Positions 22,752 to 34,830 of a DNA stretch of 44,937 nucleotides are shown here, one piece after another; position 1 is the stretch's first letter; every line of letters begins with the position of its first letter. The stretch comes from Octopus bimaculoides (taxonomy: Eukaryota): assembly GCF_001194135.2 (NCBI RefSeq), contig NC_068988.1, positions 78,397,618 to 78,442,554 of the forward strand, given 5' to 3'. Both the position numbers and the translations under genes were made by a program. The notes beneath the pieces are model-generated. The model was not told the origin of the DNA. It was given only the letters and a program-made list of their open reading frames with translations, and made no database searches.

Positions 22752-23579
22752 CTAATGAATCGTTTGGAAGACGTATACTCGAAATTTGGATGTTGTCCTT
22801 GAAAGAGACAAAGTCCTTTAGACACCAAGGTCTCTGTTTTCTGCTTCAAGGTTTGATATTATTATTTACCCTCTTTACGTTTGTATTTACTTTTTTATAT
22901 GTGTTTGTTATAGATTCAGATATATATTTTTAACCAAATATGATAGTATACTTGATAAAAGTTGTTTGTTTTGTCTGGCTGAAAGCAGATATTTTGAAAT
23001 AATTGATCTCTTGTGTTTTAGTGTTTAATTTTCTAAGTAAACTTTCTATGTACTTTTCAGTATTTGATGTTTTCGTTAGGATAAATAAATCGTCTTGAAA
23101 TGTTTGTGATAACGGATTAGGTGGGGAAATTCTTGCTGGTTTTAAATCTGAATACGGACTTGTTATTTACATTTTTTGCTTATTTATTGTAAAAGTGGAA
23201 TTACCTTTCAAGTCTTTCGATAGATTTATATATTTCCTGAGAAATACATTTCTAGTAGGTTTCCTTTCTTGGTTTTCTATGTTTGATCCTATATAGGGAA
23301 GTGGTTCTAAGAAGGTTCATCTTTAAATACCATTGGTATATTCAATAGCTTGTTGCTAATGACAAGAATAATTTCATACATACATAGATACCTCAACGCC
23401 ATACAAGCGGCCTATCTATATAGATAATGTAAAAGTAGAGTCGATTGCAACAAAAGTACGATGCATTTACCACTTTGAGCTCCTCAGGGTTATGGAAATT
23501 AGTTGAAATATTTGAAGGTATGTAAATAGAAGGAAGAGGAGGTATTGACAATGAAGAAGTTTTATGTCTGTTTCTGTGT

Positions 23580-23890
23580 GAAGGCTCGTGGTTTAGTTGT
23601 TAGGCTTACGATCGTGAGTTCGATACCTGGTGGCGTGTTGTGTCCTTGAGTAAGATACTTTATCGTACGTTGCTGCAGTCCACTCATCTGATTAAAATGA
23701 GTAGTGCCTGTATTTCAAAGGGCCAGCCATATTACATTCTTTGTGACGCTGAATCCCCCTGAGAACTATGAGTAGGTGTGTTTGTGGAATATTCAGCCAC
23801 TTGCAAATTAATTTCACAAGCAGGCTGTACCGTTGACCGGATTAACTGGGATATTCGTCGTCGTAGCCTACGAAATGCCAGTTATTTAGG
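23580..23890 (+). mobile_element. tRNA-derived SINE with CORE-like block
   Basis: A-box-like tggtttagttg, B box gagttcgatacc, gtgtccttgagtaagatact. Confidence 0.7.
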
Positions 23891-23959
23891 ATTGCATAGT
23901 TTGAAGAAACAAAAAATATTCTCTTGGCTATTGGGTTTTAACAGATAAAACTAATGTAG

Positions 23960-24690
23960 TTCTATATTTAAGAGATGAGGAATTATGTATATTATTTACA
24001 ATTGACGGATATTTGTCCTCATTTTGTTTGTTGTTAACACAACGTTTCGGCTGATATACCCTCCAGCCTTTATCAGGTGTCTTGGGGAAATTTCGAAACT
24101 GGGTTCTCATTCCTAAGGTATTTTTCGATGTTATTATCATTATTATTATTATTATTCAGGTCACTGCCTGGAATCAAACTCGGAATACTTGGGGTTAGTA
24201 GCCCGCGCTCTTAACCACTACGCCGTATGCTCGTTGGCAATTATGGAGTGAATTTTAGGGCTTATAAATCTAATATTCTTCTATCCTTCCTTAATACCGG
24301 TTCCCATATGCTACTCATATCTGCACTCGGTCTGCTTAGGAGGTTGTTGTGTCCTAGCATAATGGGCTGCTGCTTTTAGTTTTCGTATTTTCCAGTGGTC
24401 TTCTCTGTCTATTATTTTAACTTCATCCCACAGGGGGAAGTGGTCTCCATTCTTCCATACATGATCAGCTATACCCGATTTATCAGTATCTCCCCGTGTC
24501 ACAGTTTTGCGATGTTCCTCTACCCTTTATTTTGAGGGGGCGACATGTTTTGCCTTTATATAACCTACCACAGCTGCATGGGATGGAGTACACGCAGTTC
24601 TTAGTCATATTCTCTTCTATTGGTGGTTTTTACTCGAAGGAGATATTCGCAAATATCTGCCTAGGCACGTTTGGTAGTAATAATAGCAGA
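23960..24690 (-). mobile_element. 3' end of a Penelope/Poseidon-type PLE: GIY-YIG endonuclease, stop, tRNA-like unit, (AAT)n, HHR
   Basis: CVYSIPCSCGRLYKGKTCRPLKI/VEEHRK...KSGIADHVW...WDEVKIIDREDHWKIRKLK, then after a frameshift MLGHNNLLSRPSADMSSIWEPVLRKDRRILDL* (stop 24264-24262). tRNA-like 24234-24156; HHR 24081-24036. Confidence 0.9.
24036..24081 (-). ncRNA. Minimal hammerhead motif, G8A core mutant (probably inactive)
   Basis: GACAC-CUGAUAA-A-GGCUG gaggguauau CAGCC-GAA-ACGU-U-GUGUU: fully paired stem I but CUGAUAA core. Confidence 0.7.
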
Positions 24691-24794
24691 AGGTTAATAT
24701 AATTCGGTTTACATTTTGTATTTGAGAGCGTCAATATAAAAGTAGCTGAATCGAACCCATGACTTTATGATCCCGAGCCTAACACCTTAAAAAC

Positions 24795-24842
<48 letters not shown>

Positions 24843-25456
24843 ATGTGTAGGTATGAATATGTTCACCTGTTCAACAGTTTGGGAATTTTCGAGGACAACA
24901 CTTCAAAAGCTTCACAATAAGTTTCTTTCCCTACCCTATTTACATGTATAGTAAGAAAACAATCCTATTTTAAATCCTTTTATTTCGACAAATCGATGAA
25001 TATAGATAGTACATGAAGTGTCTTTAGAGACTCATTATTATTTTCTTGTTGCTTTTTTATATTATATTTTTCTTAATTTTAAAGTAATTTAATCGAAATG
25101 TGTGTGCAGCGCGTGTGCGTACACGCATTCACACACACGCATAAATGCATATGTATATATGCATGTGTCGATGTATATGTACATAGATATATGTCTGTGC
25201 ACATAGATATATGTCTGTGCACATACGCATGTGAGTTTATACGGCTATGGGGCCGGAAACATAAACTACCTGTCAACTAGAGTTATTAACGATAGATTTA
25301 CATCATCTTAAAATGGATAATACAGTTAGGATTTGGTGCAAGGGAGATAACAATGATGGTTGTAAGAGCAGAAAACAGAGAACTACAGTTTCACTGTCGA
25401 ATTGAGAAGAGAGGAATACACTAGACATTCCAATGATAAGTTAATAAACATGTGGA

Positions 25457-25459
<3 letters not shown>

Positions 25460-25487
<28 letters not shown>

Positions 25488-25515
25488 TGTATGTATGTAT
25501 GTATGTATGTATGTA

Positions 25516-25558
<43 letters not shown>

Positions 25559-25971
25559 NNNNNNNNNNNNNNNNNNNNNNNNNNNNNNNNNNNNNNNNNN
25601 NNNNNNNNNNNNNNNNNNNNNNNNNNNNNNNNNNNNNNNNNNNNNNNNNNNNNNNNNNNNNNNNNNNNNNNNNNNNNNNNNNNNNNNNNNNNNNNNNNNN
25701 NNNNNNNNNNNNNNNNNNNNNNNNNNNNNNNNNNNNNNNNNNNNNNNNNNNNNNNNNNNNNNNNNNNNNNNNNNNNNNNNNNNNNNNNNNNNNNNNNNNN
25801 NNNNNNNNNNNNNNNNNNNNNNNNNNNNNNNNNNNNNNNNNNNNNNNNNNNNNNNNNNNNNNNNNNNNNNNNNNNNNNNNNNNNNNNNNNNNNNNNNNNN
25901 NNNNNNNTAACACCAAATATACAGTGCGTGTGTTTTTATTGGCTAAACTGGCAATATGACCATCCCCAAGT

Positions 25972-26018
<47 letters not shown>

Positions 26019-26079
26019 CTCAAAAAGTGGAAAAAATACAAGGAAAAAACAGCGCGAACGTGGTACATGCGAAGTATTA

Positions 26080-26112
<33 letters not shown>

Positions 26113-26180
26113 CGTATGTGTGGTGTGTGTATCTGTATACATACATACATACATACATACTTACATACATACATACATAA
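25460..26180. repeat. (TATG)n/(TA)n/(TG)n microsatellite cluster around a gap
   Basis: Direct reading. Confidence 0.9.
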
Positions 26181-26229
26181 CATGTATATTCAAAATAACT
26201 ATGGTAAGCTAGATTGATTTACCAAATTG

Positions 26230-26920
26230 GCTTGCCCTAGCATGGCCGGATTTTGGAGGATGAAATCATTGAATTGGCAGGTCAATTGCTTGGCCAAGAA
26301 TTATGTATAAGCTTTACACAAACTGTTTCAAGGATCATTGTCCGTCGAAACTGTGATATGGACCAATTCTACATGAAATGAGATGAAGTGGGTAAAGGCT
26401 TGAAATCAGTGCAAACAGCCTCCGAATATTGTATGGTCACTCTCTGACTACACTTGCCAAACAACAGCAGTCAATAATAAATGCATAAACTTAGTGTTGC
26501 AAAGCGAAGAGAACAACATCCTACGTGTCGACAGAGAGCTCCTCAGGAAGCATTCTTTCTGACGACGTCCCATACAACTTCAAAACTAATTTCAAAGAAC
26601 ATCCGGATGTGAAATGCTCAGCCAACCAAAAGTAGATTATTCATGGATTTGTTTCCTGACGACTTGAAGATGACACTTATATCGACATAAAGTGCAGCCT
26701 TTCTTGGATTCATGTAAGCTGCATCATTTTGCAATCTCAAAACAAGAGATTACTACGAAATACCGAAAACTGAAGTCCTTGGAGTTCCAAAATGCAACCG
26801 AAAATGTAGATTATCTCGTATTTCTGTGTAAGACATTACACATATGATTAGCAACTTCCCAAAATTGCTATCATGGCGATATTTTCCAATATGATATGAC
26901 ATAGCAGCTAAAACACTAGG
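26230..26920 (+). mobile_element. R4/Dong-like relic, post-RT region to CCHC knuckle
   Basis: CDMDQFYMK*DEVGKGLKSVQTASEY (cf. DIDRLYM.R.EGGRGLKS), KCSLSW, then the knuckle region ending ...SNFPKLLSWRYFPI*YDIAAKT (cf. CPK...RYYL.RHD.VAK); heavily decayed. Confidence 0.7.
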
Positions 26921-26924
26921 CTGT

Positions 26925-27061
26925 GTTGGGCACGTGTGGCTGTGTGGGTAAGAAACTTGCTTCTCAGTCTTGGGTACATTCCCACTGGGCTCACTTAGGA
27001 CAAGTGTCTTCTTTTATACCTTAGAGCCGACAAAAATCTTGCGAGTGGATGGGTGTATATT

Positions 27062-27098
<37 letters not shown>

Positions 27099-27275
27099 GT
27101 GCGTGCGCGCGGGGGGGGGTGCGTGTGTGTGTGTGTGTGTATGTGTTTATGCTTGTGTTGTGTTTGTCTTCCACCAGCATGTGACAACCATAACTTAAGG
27201 GTTGGACGAAATGAGTACCAGATCTAAAATCTAAGTATTGGGGTCGATTTGTTTGACTAAACCTTCTGATGCTAT
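26925..27275 (+). mobile_element. Degenerate OR-type SINE with internal (TG)n
   Basis: gtggctgtgtgggtaagaaacttgctt...caagtgtcttct...gagccgacaaaa...gagtggat matches the 13928 head. Confidence 0.75.
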
Positions 27276-27584
27276 CGGAGAAGAAAAAAATTCTCTTGGA
27301 ATTAGATATAGAGAATCCCTCTGTTAGTGAAAACATACATAAACGTCAATACAAACAATATTGATGAAATATAACCATCAAAGCTTCTAAAAAATGCAAA
27401 TATAACAGGTCAAATATAAATGCTTGGGAGACAGGAAAATAAGTACCACCGAAGAGCTCAGCGGCCCACTGTATTTGATATCTACATTCTTGTGACGGAG
27501 CTTTGTATCTTCCATAGAAACCGTTTCCTTCCTTACAGGGAACATACATTCTCTCTTTCCCTCCCTATCTCTCTCCCTCTCTCT

Positions 27585-27878
27585 GTTTATAGTCGGTTCC
27601 CATAATAAAACTCAGAGTTTTGGATGTCGGGGCGGAAGTCTGCTCCGGCATCTCGGCAGTTATTAAGACAAACATAGCATTTTTGTTTGTCTTAATAACT
27701 GACGAGATATATGTAAAAATATGTGACACTTATTCGGTAACCATGATGATAAAACTCCGAGTTTCGGATGCCGGAGCGGAAACCCACGCCGCCATCTTTT
27801 CAGTTATCTGGCCATTGAAAATTCCTACGAATTCTTTTTCATAGGAAATTTTATTATCATGGCTACCGAATAGGAGTT
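27585..27878. mobile_element. MITE-like element: ~26-bp TIRs at 27728-27753 / 27849-27875, a second 5'-end copy at ~27587, and an internal 25-bp hairpin
   Basis: cttattcggtaaccatgatgataaaa versus ttttattatcatggctaccgaatagg; ataaaactc(a/c)gagttt(t/c)ggatg(t/c)cgg repeated at ~27605 and ~27748. Confidence 0.65.
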
Positions 27879-28867
27879 TTATTATATATATATATATATA
27901 TATATATNNNNNNNNNNNNNNNNNNNNNNNNNNNNNNNNNNNNNNNNNNNNNNNNNNNNNNNNNNNNNNNNNNNNNNNNNNNNNNNNNNNNNNNNNNNNN
28001 NNNNNNNNNNNNNNNNNNNNNNNNNNNNNNNNNNNNNNNNNNNNNNNNNNNNNNNNNNNNNNNNNNNNNNNNNNNNNNNNNNNNNNNNNNNNNNNNNNNN
28101 NNNNNNNNNNNNNNNNNNNNNNNNNNNNNNNNNNNNNNNNNNNNNNNNNNNNNNNNNNNNNNNNNNNNNNNNNNNNNNNNNNNNNNNNNNNNNNNNNNNN
28201 NNNNNNNNNNNNNNNNNNNNNNNNNNNNNNNNNNNNNNNNNNNNNNNNNNNNNNNNNNNNNNNNNNNNNNNNNNNNNNNNNNNNNNNNNNNNNNNNNNNN
28301 NNNNNNNNNNNNNNNNNNNNNNNNNNNNNNNNNNNNNNNNNNNNNNNNNNNNNNNNNNNNNNNNNNNNNNNNNNNNNNNNNNNNNNNNNNNNNNNNNNNN
28401 NNNNNNNNNNNNNNNNNNNNNNNNNNNNNNNNNNNNNNNNNNNNNNNNNNNNNNNNNNNNNNNNNNNNNNNNNNNNNNNNNNNNNNNNNNNNNNNNNNNN
28501 NNNNNNNNNNNNNNNNNNNNNNNNNNNNNNNNNNNNNNNNNNNNNNNNNNNNNNNNNNNNNNNNNNNNNNNNNNNNNNNNNNNNNNNNNNNNNNNNNNNN
28601 NNNNNNNNNNNNNNNNNNNNNNNNNNNNNNNNNNNNNNNNNNNNNNNNNNNNNNNNNNNNNNNNNNNNNNNNNNNNNNNNNNNNNNNNNNNNNNNNNNNN
28701 NNNNNNNNNNNNNNNNNNNNNNNNNNNNNNNNNNNNNNNNNNNNNNNNNNNNNNNNNNNNNNNNNNNNNNNNNNNNNNNNNNNNNNNNNNNNNNNNNNNN
28801 NNNNNNNNNNNNNNNNNNNNNNNNNNNNNNNNNNNNNNNNNNNNNNNNNNNNNNNNNNNNNNNNNNN

Positions 28868-28904
<37 letters not shown>

Positions 28905-28991
28905 ACACTTATATATGAACAATCTGTTTCATAATAGAGGGGAAATAGTGACCAAAACGTTTACTGCCGTTGCCTGAATGCTGAAATCAAT

Positions 28992-29200
28992 GTAGTGGTA
29001 AAATCGTTAGCAGGTTGGACGAAATGCTCAGTAGAATTTTTGGCAGCTTTACGTTCTGAGTTCAAATTCCGTTGAGGTCGACTTTATTGCTCGTTCTTTC
29101 AGGGTCGATAAAATAAGTATCAGCCGAACACTGGGGTTGATGCAACTGACTATTCCCTTCCCACCAAATTCCAGGCTTTGTGCCTATAGAAGAAAGAATT
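28992..29200 (+). mobile_element. tRNA-derived SINE (central block resembling Meta/Sauria-type domain)
   Basis: B box gagttcaaattcc; gaggtcgacttt...tttcagggtcgataaaataagtatcag. Confidence 0.8.
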
Positions 29201-29207
29201 ATCGTTT

Positions 29208-29404
29208 AGGCGATCGGTTGGGAGAATTGTTAGACCGTCGGAAAAATGCTTCGCGGTATTTTTCATACTGTTCTAAATTCAAATCTCACCGAGGTCGACT
29301 TGCCGTTCATCCTTTCAGGGTCGATAACTAAAAGTATCAACTGTGCACTGTATTCGACTTGCCCACTTCTCTCAGAATTGCTAGACTGTGTCAAAATTAG
29401 AAAT
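29208..29404 (+). mobile_element. tRNA-derived SINE, same family
   Basis: aggcgatcggttgggagaattgttag...gaggtcgacttgccgttcatcctttcagggtcgataa. Confidence 0.8.
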
Positions 29405-29415
29405 AATAATAATAA

Positions 29416-29620
29416 TTTCTACTATAGGAATAAGGCCTGAAATTTTTGGGGGAGGATACACAGTTGATTAGATCGACCCAGTACGCAACTGGTACTTAAT
29501 TTATCGACGCCGAAAGAATGAAAGGCAAAGTCGACATCAGTGGAATTTGAACTCAGAACGTAAGAAATGCCACAAAGCATTTCGCTTGGCGTGCAAATGA
29601 ATCTGCTTGCTCACCGCCTT
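29416..29620 (-). mobile_element. tRNA-derived SINE, same family, tail-to-tail with the previous copy across a shared (AAT)n
   Basis: tttctactatagg...gatcgacccagtacgcaactggtacttaatttatcgac...ggaatttgaactcagaacgt...accgcct. Confidence 0.85.
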
Positions 29621-29722
29621 ACGCAAATAATAACAAGTTATTATCATTATAACAAATTAATACAGTAGAATTGAATACAACAATGTGTATTTTTATTGGC
29701 TACAATAACTGTTTTCTGTATT

Positions 29723-29941
29723 CTTTTTATTTTTCTAATCTAGGAACAAGGCCCGAAAATTTGGAGGAGAGGGCCAGTCGATTAGATCGACCCCAGTACG
29801 CAACTGGTACTTAATCTATCGACCCCGAAAGGATCAAAGGCAAGTTGACCTCGGCGGAATTTGAACTCAGAACGTAAAGACAGACGAAATTACGCTAAGC
29901 ATTTCGCTCAGCGTGCTAACGTTTCTGCCAGCTCGCCGCCT
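29723..29941 (-). mobile_element. tRNA-derived SINE, best-preserved copy, with 17-bp TSD
   Basis: TSD taactgttttct(g/a)tatt at 29706-29722 and 29942-29958; complete head ggcggcgagctggcagaaacgttagc. Confidence 0.92.
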
Positions 29942-30959
29942 TAACTGTTTTCTATATTGAAAATTGAGTTCCAACATGCAATCACTAAATAAAAATGAGT
30001 CAGGGTTACATATAAATATTTTAACAAATCAATATTTCAAATTCCTTTTTTATTGTTCAGTTACATTTATTGATATCGTAAAGTTGTATTAAGAAAGGGC
30101 AGCTAAACGAAACTGTTGGCTTAATTCTACTTAAAAGTGTGGGTGAGTTGAACAGTGAATGTTGTTGGATCACAATGGGATGATGATGTGGTTAAGTTGA
30201 CGAAAGAATTAATATCTGAACTTGGAATATTGGATCATATTAGGGAGTCAAGAGCTGTGGCAGTTAGACGATTCGGTAGAAACCATTGATGCACAGATTT
30301 AGGGTTTGGGAATACTGATTTTTCACGCTCAATAATCAAATACGAACACTTTTGGCCAATTTCCGCTTCTATTTCAGCTGTACTCGCATTTCTCTCCACT
30401 GGACATGCTGCACCGATGTTATAAACCGGGTCTCATATTGAGTGAATGCAGATCTAAGGCTACAGCTGCTCTCCCAGAAAATTTAATTTTTCTACATCCT
30501 CATTGAAATCAAGCAGTTCAAATCAAGCTCGATAAATGAAATATTGATGTCAATAAAATCAATTTTTCCAAACCTACTTATGTTAAAAGTTAATTAGTTT
30601 GAGTGTAAGATCAGAATAGGGAGTGAGGTTTCCAGAATTATATAAAGAAGGCTTAATTACCACAGACTAAACAACAGGAGCAAAAATAAATAGCCTAGAG
30701 CTGAAAAGTGAAGAGAACAACATTCTATTTGAGTTCCTCAGGAAGTACTCTCTTTTTGATGACCTATATATCCCCCAAAAGAACTAAACGAACATACCTC
30801 AAAGAAGACTTGAATGTAGAACGTACATGCTCATTGAAATTTTTACTAAGCACTGAACAATTTTATGAATTCTCAATCTGTCTCTCTAAGTTCGTGTAGT
30901 GACCAGTTCAGAAGACTAAATGTAGACGCTAAGTTAGATACTGCAACAAAGGTGTGCCC

Positions 30960-32560
30960 GATGTAAGCTGAGGGTTCCTATGAACGTATTTTCTTTATCG
31001 ACTTATTCCTTTCTTTCCCTCAACTTGATCATCATTCCCAACATTCTCACTATGTCAAAGATATATGCAACTTTTATCTGAATATAATGACTACTGTCAA
31101 ACCGTTCATGTTTAGTTTTAGAAGATAAGGAACAAGTTTTCTTCGTCTTACCACCAAAATTTCACCAAATTTTATTTTAATCTTTATGGAATACTGTGAG
31201 TACCATGTTTTGCTTAGGTATTAAATAACAGCCATGAAGAAAGCAGTGAGTTATGACGACATTTTCAATTTGCTTTTTACAAAAGATGTAAGGCTCTTAA
31301 CGCAGCCTACCATTGATGGAGCTCCATCTGTACAAATGCCGACACACGACATCCATGATATTTGTCACTTGCACAGGTAATTATTCAAAATGCTGGAAAC
31401 ATTTTTGCCCTTTGCAATCGCGCTTAATTCTTTGCAAAAAAGATATTGATTTATAATTTGATCTCCATCAATAAAACGAATAAAGGCTAAGAGCTGCGCT
31501 TTACTACAAACATTTTTCTCGATATTAGATAACATTTCTAGAATACTCCTTTGGACAGTATTGTTGGGCAGAGGGATCTTATTTCTTTCTTTTGCTGCTT
31601 CATTTCCCAGCATTGTCTTCACAATCCTTTTACACGCAGGCAGAGTGAGTGACTCGCCTAAAGTATGACCTTTCATATTTTGTGCCATCAGTTCTGAAAC
31701 CTCGTAAGAAGTGATTTGAGCTTTTTCAAAAATCGTCATTATACTTTCGAATGAGTTTCCTGCTATCGTCTGCTGTTCTAACAATCTTTTGAAATAACTT
31801 ATAGATTTACCTTGTAAATGAGAGTGCTTGGTTTTTAAATGCTTGCTGTTTACTAGGAGCCAATGATTCGTTTGACATTTTGCGTCCACATATTAAATAT
31901 AGCGGCAAAGGATCATCAATGTTTCCAGTCCAATGAAAACCAAATCCTAAATAACTTTCGTCTTATTTGCGAGGAGATCGCGTATTGATTCTCTTACTGG
32001 AACTGTTTCTGCTGTGTTCACTTCCGGAATCATATTCACGTTTCTGTTTCAGAAATCTATCCATTTGTATGGGTGTATCATTGTATATTTATCTGAAATG
32101 TTTATCTATCGTTTACGTTTAACAAATGTAACACTATAATAAGCTAAAATTCGATTAAGTATTAAAGTTTTATATAGATAGATAGATAGATAGATAGATC
32201 AGTGACAGGAATATGTATCACGAAAACAAGTTGCACTATTTATCACAACACTTCCACTTGCAGAACCTATTACTGCTGCTGTCACCGGTACACTACAGTG
32301 AGCCGCGCTTGCTCATCAGTAAAAAACTCGTTTGAACGAGTTTACAACGTGTATAAAATCTTCTTCCGGGAAACCAGCTGTTCCCTGCTGGATATCTTAC
32401 CGCTCTTAACATAATAATAATGATCTGCCGTGAAGTACTTTTTCAATGCTGACGTAAGGATATAATGTACTATGAATTCATTTTTTATCATCACAAATAT
32501 CTAACTAGATTCTAGAATTTCGTGGGGCATACCTAAGCATGTCTCCTTTGAGAACCACTG
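30960..32560 (-). mobile_element. hAT Buster/Charlie-family transposon relic (5' TIR present, 3' end missing)
   Basis: TIR cagtggttctcaa (32560-32548). ATG at 32064 MDRFLKQK, then KHLKTKHSHL..K...YFKRL, SYEVSEL.A...K.HTLGESL.LPAC..IV..MLG..AA....KIPL.NNTVQR, AQLLAFIRFI, LFCKEL, GICTDGAPSMVG and KVAYIFDI. Frameshifts and deletions. Confidence 0.92.
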
Positions 32561-33173
32561 TGTTACAGGTAGTCAACTATTGATGTGATGACAGTATATT
32601 CCGACCACTGTCATCACTCGTAAGTCTTAAACTGGGCTATGATTTGAGAACACTTATACCATACTAGTCCATTATATCGTGACATAGATCGGTTATCGAT
32701 TAAATCGACCTTGTCTTGATTTGAACTTAGAATGTAATGAGTCGAAACAAATACCTCAAACTAATCAATCTGACGCTTAAACAATTTTACCAAATTATTT
32801 CTCAGTGTCTGTAATATTTCTGGTTTGAAAATATTTTTTCACTTCCTCTTATCGTGCCAATTTTTACCACTCATAGTAATTTGAAACTCAATTAATTCTG
32901 TGGTGTTAATTATACAGATTCTTGAAACCAATCTCCTGTCATTTTGCAGTCGCAGACATATTTACTAATGTATTTAGCACTTAGGTGTTACGTTCTTTCA
33001 AACGACCCCCAACATATTGCTATGAAATCAATATTACAATAACACCACGTCTCATTGTATCAGTAGTGCTATATATACATCAGCATTGCAGCAACTTCAC
33101 ACCTTATACAACTGGCAATGCTATACATCAATGGTACAGCAGTATTACAGTAGTGAAGAGTACTGCTAGTAAT

Positions 33174-33176
<3 letters not shown>

Positions 33177-33241
<65 letters not shown>

Positions 33242-33399
33242 NNNNNNNNNNNNNNNNNNNNNNNNNNNNNNNNNNNNNNNNNNNNNNNNNNNNNNNNNNN
33301 NNNNNNNNNNNNNNNNNNNNNNNNNNNNNNNNNNNNNNNNNNNNNNNNNNNNNNNNNNNNNNNNNNNNNNNNNNNNNNNNNNNNNNNNNNNNNNNNNNN

Positions 33400-33440
<41 letters not shown>
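33177..33440. repeat. (TG)n and (CA)n facing each other across a gap
   Basis: Direct reading. Confidence 0.9.
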
Positions 33441-33441
<1 letters not shown>

Positions 33442-33502
33442 TATATCCAAAGTGAGACCTCGGGAAGCTCATCTGCATAATTACATTAATCCAATGTATG
33501 TA

Positions 33503-34130
33503 TAGTAGTAGGCATCCATCGGTCTTGAGAGGCCATGGATCTGCGCCCGAAGAAATCGCATCAGCTGCTGATGGCGGTGCAGCGTCTGTTGTGGCTGTAA
33601 AGGTCCATACGGGAGTAGCAGTCGCGTATACAGCGACTGCATTTGAAAGAGCTCTCTGCAGGTGCTACTGGTTTTTCCTTCCGTCGAGTGTGCTTTTCTT
33701 TGGTGGCGAGTTCCTGTTTTTCTTCCCCTCGTTTCGTCCCCTTTCGCAGTATTTGTCTCCAGTGTGGGCGATCATCTGTGACTTCCTTCCACCTCAAGAT
33801 GTCCAGATCAAGCGACTTCATATCTTTATTGCAGACGTCCTTGAAACGAAGATGAAGTCGTCCTCGTGCTCTTGTGCCGGAGGCCAATTCCCCATACAGG
33901 AGGTCTTTGGGGTTTCTCCCATCTGGTATGCGATGTATATGATCGAGCCAATGCAGACGACGCAGCTGGAGCAGGGTGAGTATATTAGGTATTTTTGGTG
34001 TTAGTGATGCAATCGATCCACTTGATATCCAAGATACGTCTCAAATTACGAAGGTAGAAGACGTTGAAATACCGCTCCTGTCTGGAGTACAGGCTTCACG
34101 TCTCACTGCCGTAAAGTAGTGTACTAAGGA
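33503..34130 (-). mobile_element. RTE-clade LINE 3' end (BovB-like), 5'-truncated
   Basis: LLQLRRLHWLDHIHRIPDGRNPKDLLYGELASGTRARGR.HLRFKDVC..DMK, C-terminal C..C.RDCYSR..LYSH.RRC knuckle, short 3' UTR with (TAC)n tail. Confidence 0.92.
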
Positions 34131-34599
34131 CGCACGCTTTATAGACAACGAATTTGGTGTTTTCTGTTTTCCCAGAAACACAAAATAGAAGACAAAATTG
34201 AAAAAGTAAATAAGAGGACATTAATAAGAAAGACGATGTGAAACAGAATGAGATGGAAGAAGGAAGGGGAGAAGGAGGATGTAAGAATGAGATGTAGCAG
34301 GAGTAGGGTAAAAGAACGTTAGAAGTGGGGGTTGGAGCAATAAGATATAAAAATTGAGGGAAGGAAAAGAGGTAGTCGGCGGAAGTGTATGTAATGTGGT
34401 GAAAGTTTGGTCAACGTTGTTGTTGATCTGTTCAATGTTGAAGCTAAATTGGTTGAATTAAGTATTCCCAGGTGAGTTCAGCTGCCATTAGCTATGTGTT
34501 CCCACCCCTCGTACATTTGCAGCAAGAGTCATCATCTCTAAAGATGGCTACTATATCGCTGATGCATCATCAAAATGTCGGCAATGCCACGAGATTTAC

Positions 34600-34830
34600 A
34601 TCTCCATGTGTCTGCAATGATGATAAGTCTGTGTGAAAGACCTGGTGACAGAGATTGTTATCTGAAGCACAAATTTCACCAGGTTTACAATGTAGTGTGT
34701 GCGTTGGTAGGTGCCAACGGTGATCAAGGAGAACAAAATCAAAGCGTTCCAGCTATAACTATGTTGTCTTTTTAATAGTGTAGAGGACAAATGGGAAGCC
34801 ATCATGGACTGAGTACTTTCTGAGCAATCC
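34600..34830 (+). pseudogene. Possible very old RTE-like RT fragment
   Basis: ENKIKAFQL resembles E.KIQAFE; surrounding matches are weak. Confidence 0.3.
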
